This document shows positions 46,729-56,551 of a DNA stretch of 64,000 nt, in pieces (within the stretch, counting starts at the first letter, position 1; every line of letters begins with the position of its first letter). The notes beneath the pieces were generated by a model. The model ran no database searches and was not told the origin of the DNA. It was given only the letters and a program-made list of their open reading frames with translations. Both the position numbers and the translations under genes were made by a program. Origin of the DNA: Patescibacteria group bacterium (lineage in GTDB: Bacteria; Patescibacteriota; Patescibacteriia; UBA1558; GWA2-36-10); NCBI GenBank assembly GCA_041662585.1, contig JBAZSG010000004.1, positions 18,173 through 82,172 of the forward strand, written 5' to 3'.

Positions 46729-48574
46729 AATAACAAAAAGAAATATGGACTCAGCAAAAAGAGCACCAATTAGAAAGCAATCATACCAAGCTCCTTCTAT
46801 TAGTAATAGGAGTAATAATGTACCCAAAGAATATCAAACATTTAAAAAAGCACCCAAAGGCAAAGGATCTTTTTTGTGGTTTTTATTTTTACTTTTTGCA
46901 GCTACAGTAGCTGGCTTTTGGTTTTGGGCTCAACAGAGCCAAGAAACAATCAACAATAGTATAGAGCTAGTCGTTGATGGACCAAGTGAGATAATCTCTG
47001 GTGATCAAGCTACTTATAAAGTGAGTTACAAAAATATAGATACAGTAGCGCTACAAGGTTTAGAGCTTTCTGTACGTTGGCCAAATGGATTTTATTTTGA
47101 TGGCGCTAGTATTGAGCCGATAGATCAAAACGCTACTACTTGGTTGTTGGAAGATATAGCACCTGGTCAAACAGTAGATTTAGAAATTACTGGACAATTG
47201 GTTGGTCAAAAAGATGAAAATTTATCAGCTGCCTTTACGCTAGCTTATCAACCAGTCAATTTTCATTCAGATTTTAAAGCCAAAGCTAATATAGATACAA
47301 AAATATCTGATGCCAAATTAGAATTGAGTGTTGAAGCACTGGACAAAACATTGGTAGCTAGCCAGCAAGAAATCAAAGTAAATTTTAAAAACCTGACAGC
47401 AGCCAATTTGGAAAATTTGTATATTGATATATTGTATCCTGACGATTTTGAAATAGCCCCCGTAATTGATGAATCAAGTGCTGAAGATGTAGAAGTAACA
47501 GAGGAAGAAAATACAGAATTAAACTCAGATTTTATAATAGAAGGAGATTATTTCAAATTAAATTTAGCTGAAGAAGAATTAAAAACCATGTTGATAAATG
47601 GATTTTTTACAGTAGATTCCAAGACGGATCAACTATTGGTAGTAGAAATTGGAAATATGGTTGATGGTAATTTTAGAAGACTGGCCAGAATAGAAAAACC
47701 AATGATAGTCATCAATCCAAAATTTGATATGAATTTTCAAATCAATGGTCAGTCCTCTCCACAAGCTGTAAATTGGGGAGATACACTTAGATATCAATTG
47801 GAAGTAACCAACAATAGCCAAGGGGATGTAGTGGATGTAGGTGTTTCAGCCTTGATTGATAGTGTAGCTTTGGATTGGGATAGTTTGGAAACTATTGGTA
47901 ATTATGCAGACAACAAAATCACTTGGACCAAAACAGAAAATGAGGCCTTGGGTAATTGGCCAGCTGGAGAAACTAGAATCTTTACTTGGCAAGTAGCTGT
48001 AGTAAAAGAGCCTATTGCTGATCGTATGGTAGAAAATATTATTGAAATAAATATAGAAGGTTTAGGAGATTGGAAACAAGTTTCTTCTCCGATAGCCATT
48101 ACCATTGGAGAGAGTATCAATTTTAACAATGGAGTGTATTGGGATTTGGGAGGTAGACGAGTAGGCTCTGGACTGTTGCCACCTCGTGTTGGAGAAGCCA
48201 CTGAGTATTTGGTGATTTGGTCACTTCCTCAAGCCACTGGTGTTTTTGACAATGTAAGTGTCTCTACCACTTTACCACCACAAGTAGATTTTATTTCAGA
48301 AATAGATATTCAAGATGGTGATTTAGAATTTGATTTGGAAGACAGGAGCCTTACTTGGAACATAAATAGTTTTTCAAATATTATTTTACCAACCACAGCT
48401 TCTTTTACTCTTAGACTTACTCCCACCAAAGAAGATCTCGGTCAAGCTACAAATATACTCAATACGACAACAGTAAATGCTAGTGGTATAGAAGATGTAA
48501 TAGTCAGATCCAAGGCCATTAAGACAGCCGATGTAATCTCAGACAGTAGTAGTCCAATAGGTATAGTAGAATAA
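46721..48574 (+). CDS. Hypothetical membrane-anchored protein with Ig-like beta domains
   Basis: One transmembrane segment, then beta-rich repeats; GSGLLPPRVGE.T.Y motif. Confidence 0.65.
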   Translation: MAKITKRNMDSAKRAPIRKQSYQAPSISNRSNNVPKEYQTFKKAPKGKGSFLWFLFLLFAATVAGFWFWAQQSQETINNSIELVVDGPSEIISGDQATYKVSYKNIDTVALQGLELSVRWPNGFYFDGASIEPIDQNATTWLLEDIAPGQTVDLEITGQLVGQKDENLSAAFTLAYQPVNFHSDFKAKANIDTKISDAKLELSVEALDKTLVASQQEIKVNFKNLTAANLENLYIDILYPDDFEIAPVIDESSAEDVEVTEEENTELNSDFIIEGDYFKLNLAEEELKTMLINGFFTVDSKTDQLLVVEIGNMVDGNFRRLARIEKPMIVINPKFDMNFQINGQSSPQAVNWGDTLRYQLEVTNNSQGDVVDVGVSALIDSVALDWDSLETIGNYADNKITWTKTENEALGNWPAGETRIFTWQVAVVKEPIADRMVENIIEINIEGLGDWKQVSSPIAITIGESINFNNGVYWDLGGRRVGSGLLPPRVGEATEYLVIWSLPQATGVFDNVSVSTTLPPQVDFISEIDIQDGDLEFDLEDRSLTWNINSFSNIILPTTASFTLRLTPTKEDLGQATNILNTTTVNASGIEDVIVRSKAIKTADVISDSSSPIGIVE

Positions 48575-48576
48575 CT

Positions 48577-49683
48577 ATGTTTAAGTTAAAGCAAAAATCC
48601 AAAAAATCTCAAGCAAGATTGGGAGTACTTAAGACTTCTCATGGAGAAATCAGTACTCCTTTTTTTATGCCCATTGCTACTAAAGCTGCTATCAAGTCAT
48701 TGGAAATTAAAGATGTCAAAGATTTGGGAGCTGAAATTATACTTTCCAATACTTATCACAATTTATTAAAACCAGGTGTAGCAGTCATCAAAAAATTTGG
48801 GGGTCTTCATGAGTTTATGCACAATGATTTGCCAATACTCACCGACAGTGGGGGCTATCAAGTGTTTTCTTTGGCCAAGTTTAGAAAAATAAAAGGCAAT
48901 AATATTGAATTTCAATCGCATATTGATGGCAGTCGGCATATATTAAATCCAAAGTGTGTTATTGATATCCAAGTTGCACTAGGCAGTGATATTATGATGG
49001 TACTAGATGAATGTGTAGGTTTGCCAACCACCAAGGCCAAAGCACAAGAGGCTGTAGAAAGGACCAGTAAGTGGGCACGTATTGCTATAGAATATAAAAA
49101 TAGATTAAACAAAAAATCTAGCAAAATAAAAAAACAGCTTTTGTTTGCCATTGTTCAAGGCGCTGATTTTAAAGATTTGCGTATACACAGTGTCAAAGAA
49201 CTGGTAGCAATGAATTTTGATGGCTACGGCATAGGTGGTTTAGCAGTTGGAGAACCAGCTAGTACTATGTATAAAGTTTTGGATTATACAGTAGATGAGC
49301 TACCGGAAAATAAGGCTAGGTATCTGATGGGAGTGGGTTATCCAGAAAATATTGTAGAGGCAGTCAGGCGAGGTATAGATATGTTTGATTGTGTAATACC
49401 AACTCGTGAAGCTCGTCACGGCAAGCTTTATATTTGGAATGGTAAGCCAGATGTGACAAAAAAGAATTTTTATAAAACAATCAATATTTTCAATGCCAAA
49501 TTTGCCAAAGATACAAAATCCATAAATAATACAAATTTAAAAAATTATTCCAAGGCGTATCTACATCATTTGTTTAAGACTCAAGAGCCATTGGCTCTTA
49601 GATTGGCCACTTTGAATAATTTGGCATTTTATTTGGATATGATGAAAAAGATTAGGCAAGCTATCAAAACTGGCAAATTGTAG
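48577..49683 (+). CDS. tgt: tRNA-guanine transglycosylase
   Basis: TPFFMP, TDSGGYQVFSL, LDEC, GGLAVGE, DMFDCVIPTR. Confidence 0.95.
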   Translation: MFKLKQKSKKSQARLGVLKTSHGEISTPFFMPIATKAAIKSLEIKDVKDLGAEIILSNTYHNLLKPGVAVIKKFGGLHEFMHNDLPILTDSGGYQVFSLAKFRKIKGNNIEFQSHIDGSRHILNPKCVIDIQVALGSDIMMVLDECVGLPTTKAKAQEAVERTSKWARIAIEYKNRLNKKSSKIKKQLLFAIVQGADFKDLRIHSVKELVAMNFDGYGIGGLAVGEPASTMYKVLDYTVDELPENKARYLMGVGYPENIVEAVRRGIDMFDCVIPTREARHGKLYIWNGKPDVTKKNFYKTINIFNAKFAKDTKSINNTNLKNYSKAYLHHLFKTQEPLALRLATLNNLAFYLDMMKKIRQAIKTGKL

Positions 49684-49721
49684 TATTTAATAAATATATT
49701 AAACATGATATAATATCAAAT

Positions 49722-50528
49722 ATGAAAGTAGTAGATTATAATAAAGGCTTTACTTTGGTGCAATTGATTATTTCCATTTCTATTTTTTTGGTTTTGTCAG
49801 CTATGGTGTTGTTTAGTCTAGATGTAACATCTAGAAATGGTAAAGCCAAAGATACCAAAAGATGGGAAGATGTCACAGCTATTGCTGAGGCAGTCGGGCT
49901 TTATCAAATAGATAATAATTCTTTACCAGCTAGTATAGCTGGAGCTACTTATATTGATACAGCCCAAAAATATGTACTTTGTTCAACAGCCTCATCACTT
50001 ACTTGTGATGGACAAAGCAGAGATTGTTTGGTGATTGATGACGCAGATTTCTTGGGGGCTTATTTAGGAGGATCTTTGCCAGTTGATCCAGAAAAAACCG
50101 ATAGTACCGACACTGGTTATTATATTGCTAGAAATGGTGATCAAATGCTATTTGGAGCTTGCAGTAGCTATGATGGCACGAGTATTGAATATACAGCTAG
50201 AGCCAAAGTACCAGCTGTTTGTGGAAATGGCATAATAGAAGACAACGAAGTTTGTGATGATAGTGATGCGTTGACTGAGGGTTGTGGTACTTCAAACCCA
50301 GCTGAATTGAATACGCCAGGCACTTATTGTAATAGTGATTGTACAGCTGAGGTGACTACTGCTATAACTGAGCTTTGTGATTATAATACTTGGACAAATG
50401 ATTGTCAGCTTGATAGTGTGTGGTATACAAATAGTGATGTAGGTGGAACAAGTTGGTGTAATGTTACTTGTAATGTGGAACAATCAATTGGTGTTGCATG
50501 TGATGAGTTGCCACCACCAATTGATTAG
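49722..50528 (+). CDS. Type IV pilin-like protein with Cys-rich C-terminal domain
   Basis: KGFTLVQL prepilin site, AKDTKR..D, LPVDP, VCGNGIIE..EVCDD. Confidence 0.8.
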   Translation: MKVVDYNKGFTLVQLIISISIFLVLSAMVLFSLDVTSRNGKAKDTKRWEDVTAIAEAVGLYQIDNNSLPASIAGATYIDTAQKYVLCSTASSLTCDGQSRDCLVIDDADFLGAYLGGSLPVDPEKTDSTDTGYYIARNGDQMLFGACSSYDGTSIEYTARAKVPAVCGNGIIEDNEVCDDSDALTEGCGTSNPAELNTPGTYCNSDCTAEVTTAITELCDYNTWTNDCQLDSVWYTNSDVGGTSWCNVTCNVEQSIGVACDELPPPID

Positions 50529-50632
50529 TATAATTAGTCAATAAAAATTTATTTTTTATAAAACCGTCTGAGTTTTTTTCAGGGCGGTTTTTTTGTTTAT
50601 AAAAATTGCCTAAATATGTTATAATGTATTTG

Positions 50633-51013
50633 ATGACACAAAATGTAATAGTACAAGCCATAAAGATATTACTTATTGATTTGATAGGTGAAATTTTATA
50701 TTTCCCTATTTGGTGGTATAGCCAAGGACTCATAAGAACAGTGCTTTATGTTTTTAATACTATCAAAGACACCAATCGCAATTTGGCGGTAGGCTTGATG
50801 TTTAAAAGTCTTTTTAAGCCAATGTTTGGTCAATATGATAGAGAAGGACGCATTATTAGTTTTTTCTTTAGATTGATTTTGACTTTTGCTCGCTCAATAG
50901 TCTTTTTAATTTTAGTGATTATTTATTTATTGCTAATTATTTTTTGGATATTTTTACCAGTCGTAGTAGCTTGGATGATTTATAATAATTTTAATACTTT
51001 ATGGAAGGCCTAA
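50633..51013 (+). CDS. Hypothetical membrane protein coupled to the Clp ATPase gene
   Basis: FPIWWYS..LFKPM..GRIISFFFR; overlaps the next start. Confidence 0.65.
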   Translation: MTQNVIVQAIKILLIDLIGEILYFPIWWYSQGLIRTVLYVFNTIKDTNRNLAVGLMFKSLFKPMFGQYDREGRIISFFFRLILTFARSIVFLILVIIYLLLIIFWIFLPVVVAWMIYNNFNTLWKA

Positions 51014-53688
51014 AGTTTGAAAATTGTCAGGCTTGTGGAGGTACAGGCAAACTCAACGGTGCAAGTTGTGCTACTTGTTTTGGGTATAGAGAATATTATT
51101 TTACCAATAATAATTTTTTGTATTTTACGCGCAGTACAAATTATGCTCATATTTTTGTCAGAGAACTTAAGAAAACAGTTGATATTATTATAAATATATT
51201 TTTATTAGCAAGTGTATTTATTACTTTATATCTAGTTTACAAAATATTAAATGTTGTAGAATTTGAGCCTAGAAATTTGTGGTATTTTATTTCTACAATC
51301 AGAAGTGAAAATCTTTATTTAGGTATTTTGATTTTGGCTGATATGTTTTTGTATTATCGTTTGGTTATACCTGGTATCAAGAAAACCGACAAAGAAAAAA
51401 TGCTAGCCAATCAAGATATAAATGTCAAACATAATATTGCTGATCATCTAGGGCAAGAAGCTTCAAAGATGATTGATAAGGCTTGGCTTTTTGGTAAATA
51501 CAAACAAATATTTCCTATCAGTGCTTGGCATTTGCTTTTTATATTATTAAATGATAGAGATATTCGTTTGGTTTTGGCTAGACTAGGAATTGGAGCAGAT
51601 AATATCAAAAAAAGTATAGATGAAAATATATCTAAACTAGTTGTTTCTCAAGATAAAGAATTGGATTTAGATGAAAATGCCAAAAATGCTATGCTCAATG
51701 CTTATTGGCATATGAATAAAAGACATGGTGAATATATTGCGGAGGTAGATTTGTTTTATGGTGTTGTAACATCTAGCCAACAAATACGCAACATGTTTTA
51801 TGATATGGATATTGATGAACAAAAAATAGAAAATGTAATTTCTTGGGTGAAGATAAATAAAGATTTGGTAGATAGATATAAGAGGCTTAGATCTAGGTCT
51901 ATCTTTAAACCAAAAGGTGGAATGAATAGATCATACACGGCTATTGCCACACCAATCTTAAATAGTTTTTCTCAAGATTTGACACTTATGGCCAAGGCAG
52001 GGGTACTAGGTTTGTCGGTCGCTAGAGAAAAAGAAATAGCAGAAATTATATCAACAGTTGAAAGTAGTATTGCTTCGGTGGTATTGGTTGGTCCACCAGG
52101 GATAGGTAAAGGTAATATAGTAGAAGGTATTGCCAATAGTATGATGGCCGAAGAACTGCCAGAGCTTTTTCAAGATAAAAGATTGGTAGCGATATCTGCT
52201 CCAATGCTTGTTTCCGGTGCAGAAGGCACCGGCAGATTAGAAGAAAGATTTTTGGCTCTTTTGCAAGAAACAGCTGCTTCTGGAAATATAATATTATATA
52301 TTGAAGATATTCATCAGTTGGTTGGTATATCATCTGAAGGTACAGAAGGTGTATCTTTGGCGGAGATATTGGCTGGAGAAATACGCAAGAGAAATGTGAT
52401 TGTCATTGCTACAGCCAATAGCAAAGAATATGTACAATATATAGAAGGTACTGGCTTGGGACAAGCACTTAAAAAAATAAATATTAAAGAGCCAGATAAA
52501 AATCAGACTATTCAGATGATGGAAGCACATGTTGGTATGGTAGAAGGTAAACATCAGGTATATTTTACTTATGATGCTCTTGATACTATTTATGAATTAT
52601 CAAATAGATATATTACCGACAAAGCTTTGCCTAGCAAGGCTATAGATCTTATGGATGAGGCTGGTATTATAGTTTCCAAACGTGGTCAAAAAGATAAGCT
52701 AGTTAAAAAAGAAGACATAGAAGCCCTTGTAAGTCATAAGACTAGTATTCCTTTGTCAGCTGTGACTAGTCAAGAATCTACCAAGCTTATAAATATGGAA
52801 GCAGAGCTTCATGAGCGTATTGTCGGTCAAGATGAAGCGGTTAGTCTTGTTGCTTCAGCTTTGAGGCGCTCTAGAGCCGAACTACGTGACAAGAAAAGAC
52901 CAATTGTCAATTTACTTTTCTTAGGTCCAACTGGTGTGGGTAAAACAGAGCTAGCTAAGACAGTGGCTGAAAAATATTTTGGTGATGAAAAAAATATGAT
53001 TCGTTTGGATATGAGTGAATATCAAAACCAAACATCCCTACCTAGACTGATTGGTTCTCCTGAGTCTGGTACACCAGGCTTACTTACTGAAGCTGTCAGA
53101 CATCAGCCATTTGCATTGCTACTCTTAGATGAAATTGAAAAAGCCAATCCAGATATTTTGAATATATTTTTACAAGTGATGGAAGATGGACGACTTACCG
53201 ATGCACTAGGTCGTACAGTAGATTTTACCAATTTGATTATAGTAGCTACTTCCAATGCTGGTACATCTTTTATTCAAGATCAAATCAATGCTGGACGCAC
53301 GGTTGATGAATTTAAAGATCAATTAATCAAAGAAGAAATACGAGATATTTTTAGACCAGAATTTATCAATCGTTTTGATGGTACTGTAGTTTTTCGTCCA
53401 CTTACTCAAGAAGAGATATTCAAGATTGCTGGCTTCATGCTAAACAAAGTTAAAAAGAGGTTGGAAGAAAAAGGCATTATTTTTGAAGTGACTGAAGCTG
53501 CTCAACGTGAACTGGCTCAAGCTGGGTTTGATCCGGTTTTTGGTGCTAGGCCACTAAGACGTGTTATCCAAGATCAAGTGGATAATGCTTTGGCTGACTT
53601 TTTATTAAATGGTAAACTAGGCAGAAGAGATGTAGTAGTCTATGATGTAGGTGGTCAAATTTCTGTTCGCAAACCAACAGGATATTAA
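51001..53688 (+). CDS. ClpA/B/C-type AAA+ ATPase with N-terminal zinc finger and two transmembrane helices
   Basis: GPPGIGKG, LPSKAIDL, GPTGVGKTE, RLDMSEY, LDEIEKA, GARPLRR. Confidence 0.9.
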   Translation: MEGLKFENCQACGGTGKLNGASCATCFGYREYYFTNNNFLYFTRSTNYAHIFVRELKKTVDIIINIFLLASVFITLYLVYKILNVVEFEPRNLWYFISTIRSENLYLGILILADMFLYYRLVIPGIKKTDKEKMLANQDINVKHNIADHLGQEASKMIDKAWLFGKYKQIFPISAWHLLFILLNDRDIRLVLARLGIGADNIKKSIDENISKLVVSQDKELDLDENAKNAMLNAYWHMNKRHGEYIAEVDLFYGVVTSSQQIRNMFYDMDIDEQKIENVISWVKINKDLVDRYKRLRSRSIFKPKGGMNRSYTAIATPILNSFSQDLTLMAKAGVLGLSVAREKEIAEIISTVESSIASVVLVGPPGIGKGNIVEGIANSMMAEELPELFQDKRLVAISAPMLVSGAEGTGRLEERFLALLQETAASGNIILYIEDIHQLVGISSEGTEGVSLAEILAGEIRKRNVIVIATANSKEYVQYIEGTGLGQALKKINIKEPDKNQTIQMMEAHVGMVEGKHQVYFTYDALDTIYELSNRYITDKALPSKAIDLMDEAGIIVSKRGQKDKLVKKEDIEALVSHKTSIPLSAVTSQESTKLINMEAELHERIVGQDEAVSLVASALRRSRAELRDKKRPIVNLLFLGPTGVGKTELAKTVAEKYFGDEKNMIRLDMSEYQNQTSLPRLIGSPESGTPGLLTEAVRHQPFALLLLDEIEKANPDILNIFLQVMEDGRLTDALGRTVDFTNLIIVATSNAGTSFIQDQINAGRTVDEFKDQLIKEEIRDIFRPEFINRFDGTVVFRPLTQEEIFKIAGFMLNKVKKRLEEKGIIFEVTEAAQRELAQAGFDPVFGARPLRRVIQDQVDNALADFLLNGKLGRRDVVVYDVGGQISVRKPTGY

Positions 53689-53850
53689 TTTTATAGATTA
53701 TAGAGTTTTAAAAATAATAAGACTTGTTTGATTACAACTGGTCTTATTTTTTATCTAGTTATGTAATAAATTACTCATTTAGTCAACCTTGATAATTAAT
53801 GTATTTTTAGGTATAATTTTGATATTAAAGTATTAAAAAATTATCTTTAT

Positions 53851-55236
53851 ATGAAAGAATTGCGCAAGTTTGATAAGGTAGTAAATCTAGCCAAAACCAA
53901 AGGCTTTATTTTCCCTTCTTCTGAAATATATGGTGGTCTAAATTCCATCTATGACTACGGTCCATTAGGTACTGAGCTCAAAAATAATCTCAAGCAAGCT
54001 TGGTTTGATTTTATGTTGGCTAGACGTGATGTAGTGGGTCTAGATTCAGCTATCTTGATGCACCCAGCTATATGGAAAGCCTCAGGGCACTTAGATGGTT
54101 TTTCTGATCCATTGGTAGATTGTATGAAATGTAAAGCACGCTGGCGTGCTGATCACTTGCTCGAGAAAAAAGGTATCAAACCACACTTTGGTAAAGACAA
54201 GGGTCCGGCGATGGGTGATATAAAATGTCCCGATTGTGGAGGCGATCTTACCGAAGTCAGACAATTCAACTTGATGTTTAAGACTTTTATGGGACCACTA
54301 GAAGATAGTGCCAATCAGATTTATCTTCGTCCAGAAACTGCTCAAGGTATTTATGTCAATTTTCTCAATGTGATCAATTCTATGCGTATGAAGATGCCAT
54401 TTGGTATTGCTCAAATTGGCAAAGCTTTTAGAAATGAGATTACTCCTGGTAATTTTACTTTTCGGATGCGTGAATTTGAGCAAATGGAAATGCAATATTT
54501 TGTTCATCCTGACAAAACTAAAGAAGTTTTTGCCAAATGGCAACAATTGCGTATGGAATGGTATAAAGATTTGGGTATTAGTCCGGACAATTTAAGATTT
54601 AGAGAGCACGAGAAAGATGAATTGGCTCACTATGCCAAGCGAGCCCTAGATATTGAATACAACTTTGCTTTTTCTGCCAACGAAACTTTCAAAGAGTTAG
54701 AAGGTATTCATCACAGGGGTGATTGGGACCTTAGTCAGCATCAAAAATTTAGCAAACAAAAACTAGCACTTAAAGATGCAGAGGCCAAAGAATATATTCC
54801 AAACATAATAGAAACATCAGGTGGCGTAGATAGAGCTATTTTAGCCTTTTTAATGGAAGCCTATACAGAGATAGAAGGAGGACGCAGCACTACTACTGAG
54901 AGCAACAAAGAAGCTGAAGTTGTTTTGAAATTAGATAAAAGATTGGCGCCAATCAAAATTGCAATACTTCCTCTTTCCAAAAAAGATGAATTGGTCAACA
55001 AGACCAATGAGGTTTATGATATATTGGTTGGTAAATATCGTATTGCTTATGACGAGACTGGCTCTATTGGTAAGCGTTATCGTCGTCAAGATGAAATAGG
55101 TACACCATATTGTGTAACAGTTGATTTTGAAACTTTAGAAAATAATATAGTCACAGTCAGAGACAGGGATACTATGAAACAAGATTATGTAAATATTTCT
55201 GAGCTAGGGGTTTATTTTCAAGATAAATTTAAGTAA
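53851..55236 (+). CDS. glyQS: Glycine-tRNA ligase, alpha2 (homodimeric) type
   Basis: EIYGG..YDYGPLG, YLRPETAQG, FRNEITP, SIGKRYRRQDEIGTP. Confidence 0.95.
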   Translation: MKELRKFDKVVNLAKTKGFIFPSSEIYGGLNSIYDYGPLGTELKNNLKQAWFDFMLARRDVVGLDSAILMHPAIWKASGHLDGFSDPLVDCMKCKARWRADHLLEKKGIKPHFGKDKGPAMGDIKCPDCGGDLTEVRQFNLMFKTFMGPLEDSANQIYLRPETAQGIYVNFLNVINSMRMKMPFGIAQIGKAFRNEITPGNFTFRMREFEQMEMQYFVHPDKTKEVFAKWQQLRMEWYKDLGISPDNLRFREHEKDELAHYAKRALDIEYNFAFSANETFKELEGIHHRGDWDLSQHQKFSKQKLALKDAEAKEYIPNIIETSGGVDRAILAFLMEAYTEIEGGRSTTTESNKEAEVVLKLDKRLAPIKIAILPLSKKDELVNKTNEVYDILVGKYRIAYDETGSIGKRYRRQDEIGTPYCVTVDFETLENNIVTVRDRDTMKQDYVNISELGVYFQDKFK

Positions 55237-55257
55237 ATATAAAAGCGTTTTTAATAT

Positions 55258-56532
55258 ATGTATAAAAGAATTGTTCGTCGTGATGGCAGTGTCATCATCT
55301 TAGCTCCCAAGCAAGATACCAAAGCTATTACCTTTGAAGTGTTATATAAAGTAGGTAGTCGTCAAGAAAATAACAAAAACAATGGAGTGTCTCATTTTGT
55401 TGAACACTTGATGTTTAAGGGTACCAAGAGACGACCAGCTACAGCTGATATTGCCAAAGAGCTCGATGGTGTAGGAGCGCAATACAATGCTTTCACAGGC
55501 AAAGAATATACTGGTTATTATATTACTGTAAATAATAGTCATATGACTATGGCTATAGATATGCTTTCTGATATGCTCCATAATTCTAAATTTGATAAAG
55601 CAGAAATAGATAGAGAACGAGGTGTGATTGTTGAAGAAATAAATATGTATGAAGACAATCCTATGATGTATATTGAAGAAGTCTTCGAAGCTTTGTTGTT
55701 CGATGGTACAGATCTTGGTAAGTCTATTGCTGGTCCTCGTATAAATATTCAAACAATTTCTAGAAATACTCTTTATACTTATCATCAAAAATATTATTAT
55801 CATGGCAACGCTATCATTGGTTTGGCTGGCAACTTCAATGAAAAGCAAGCCCTCAAGTTGATAGACAAACTTTTTCCTATCACCAAGCGTCAGGTACGTG
55901 TCAAAAATAAAAAATTAGCTGTGATAAAACAAGTTAAACCAGCTATCAGGATTGTAAATCGTGAACTAGAACAAGTACAATTGATGCTTGGTTTCCGTAC
56001 GTCTTCTATCAATGATAAGGATTTTATTTTTAATCAACTCTTAGCCAATATAGTAGGTGGTACTATGAGCTCAAGAATGTTTTTAAATATTAGAGAAAGA
56101 AAAGGTCTTTGTTATTTTATCAGAGCGGAAGTCAGTGGTTATGAAGGAGTGAGTGCATTTACAGTACACGCCGGTCTTAACAAGTTAAAGATTTATGAAG
56201 CTCTTACTGCTATTAAAGAGGAGTTAGATAAGATTGCTCATGATGGAATTAGTATGGCTGAGTTATATCAAGCCAAAGAAAATATCAAAGGACACATGAT
56301 TCTTAATATGGAAAATTCTAGTTCTCATCTAAATTTTTTAATCTCACAGGAGGCAATCGGCAAACCGATAAAAGATTTGGAGGAAAAACTCAAAGAATTG
56401 GATAAACTTAGTTTGAAGCAGGTCAATTTTTTGGCCAACAAAATTGTTGACTGGGCAAAATCAAATTTGGTTATTATTGGGCCATTTAAAGACAAAAATA
56501 AGTTTATTAATATATTATCTCACAAAAATTAA
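55258..56532 (+). CDS. M16-family zinc peptidase
   Basis: HFVEHLMFKGT (HxxEH), NAFT, IREKRGL-like motif. Confidence 0.92.
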   Translation: MYKRIVRRDGSVIILAPKQDTKAITFEVLYKVGSRQENNKNNGVSHFVEHLMFKGTKRRPATADIAKELDGVGAQYNAFTGKEYTGYYITVNNSHMTMAIDMLSDMLHNSKFDKAEIDRERGVIVEEINMYEDNPMMYIEEVFEALLFDGTDLGKSIAGPRINIQTISRNTLYTYHQKYYYHGNAIIGLAGNFNEKQALKLIDKLFPITKRQVRVKNKKLAVIKQVKPAIRIVNRELEQVQLMLGFRTSSINDKDFIFNQLLANIVGGTMSSRMFLNIRERKGLCYFIRAEVSGYEGVSAFTVHAGLNKLKIYEALTAIKEELDKIAHDGISMAELYQAKENIKGHMILNMENSSSHLNFLISQEAIGKPIKDLEEKLKELDKLSLKQVNFLANKIVDWAKSNLVIIGPFKDKNKFINILSHKN

Positions 56533-56551
56533 ATTTTAAAATAAAAATATT

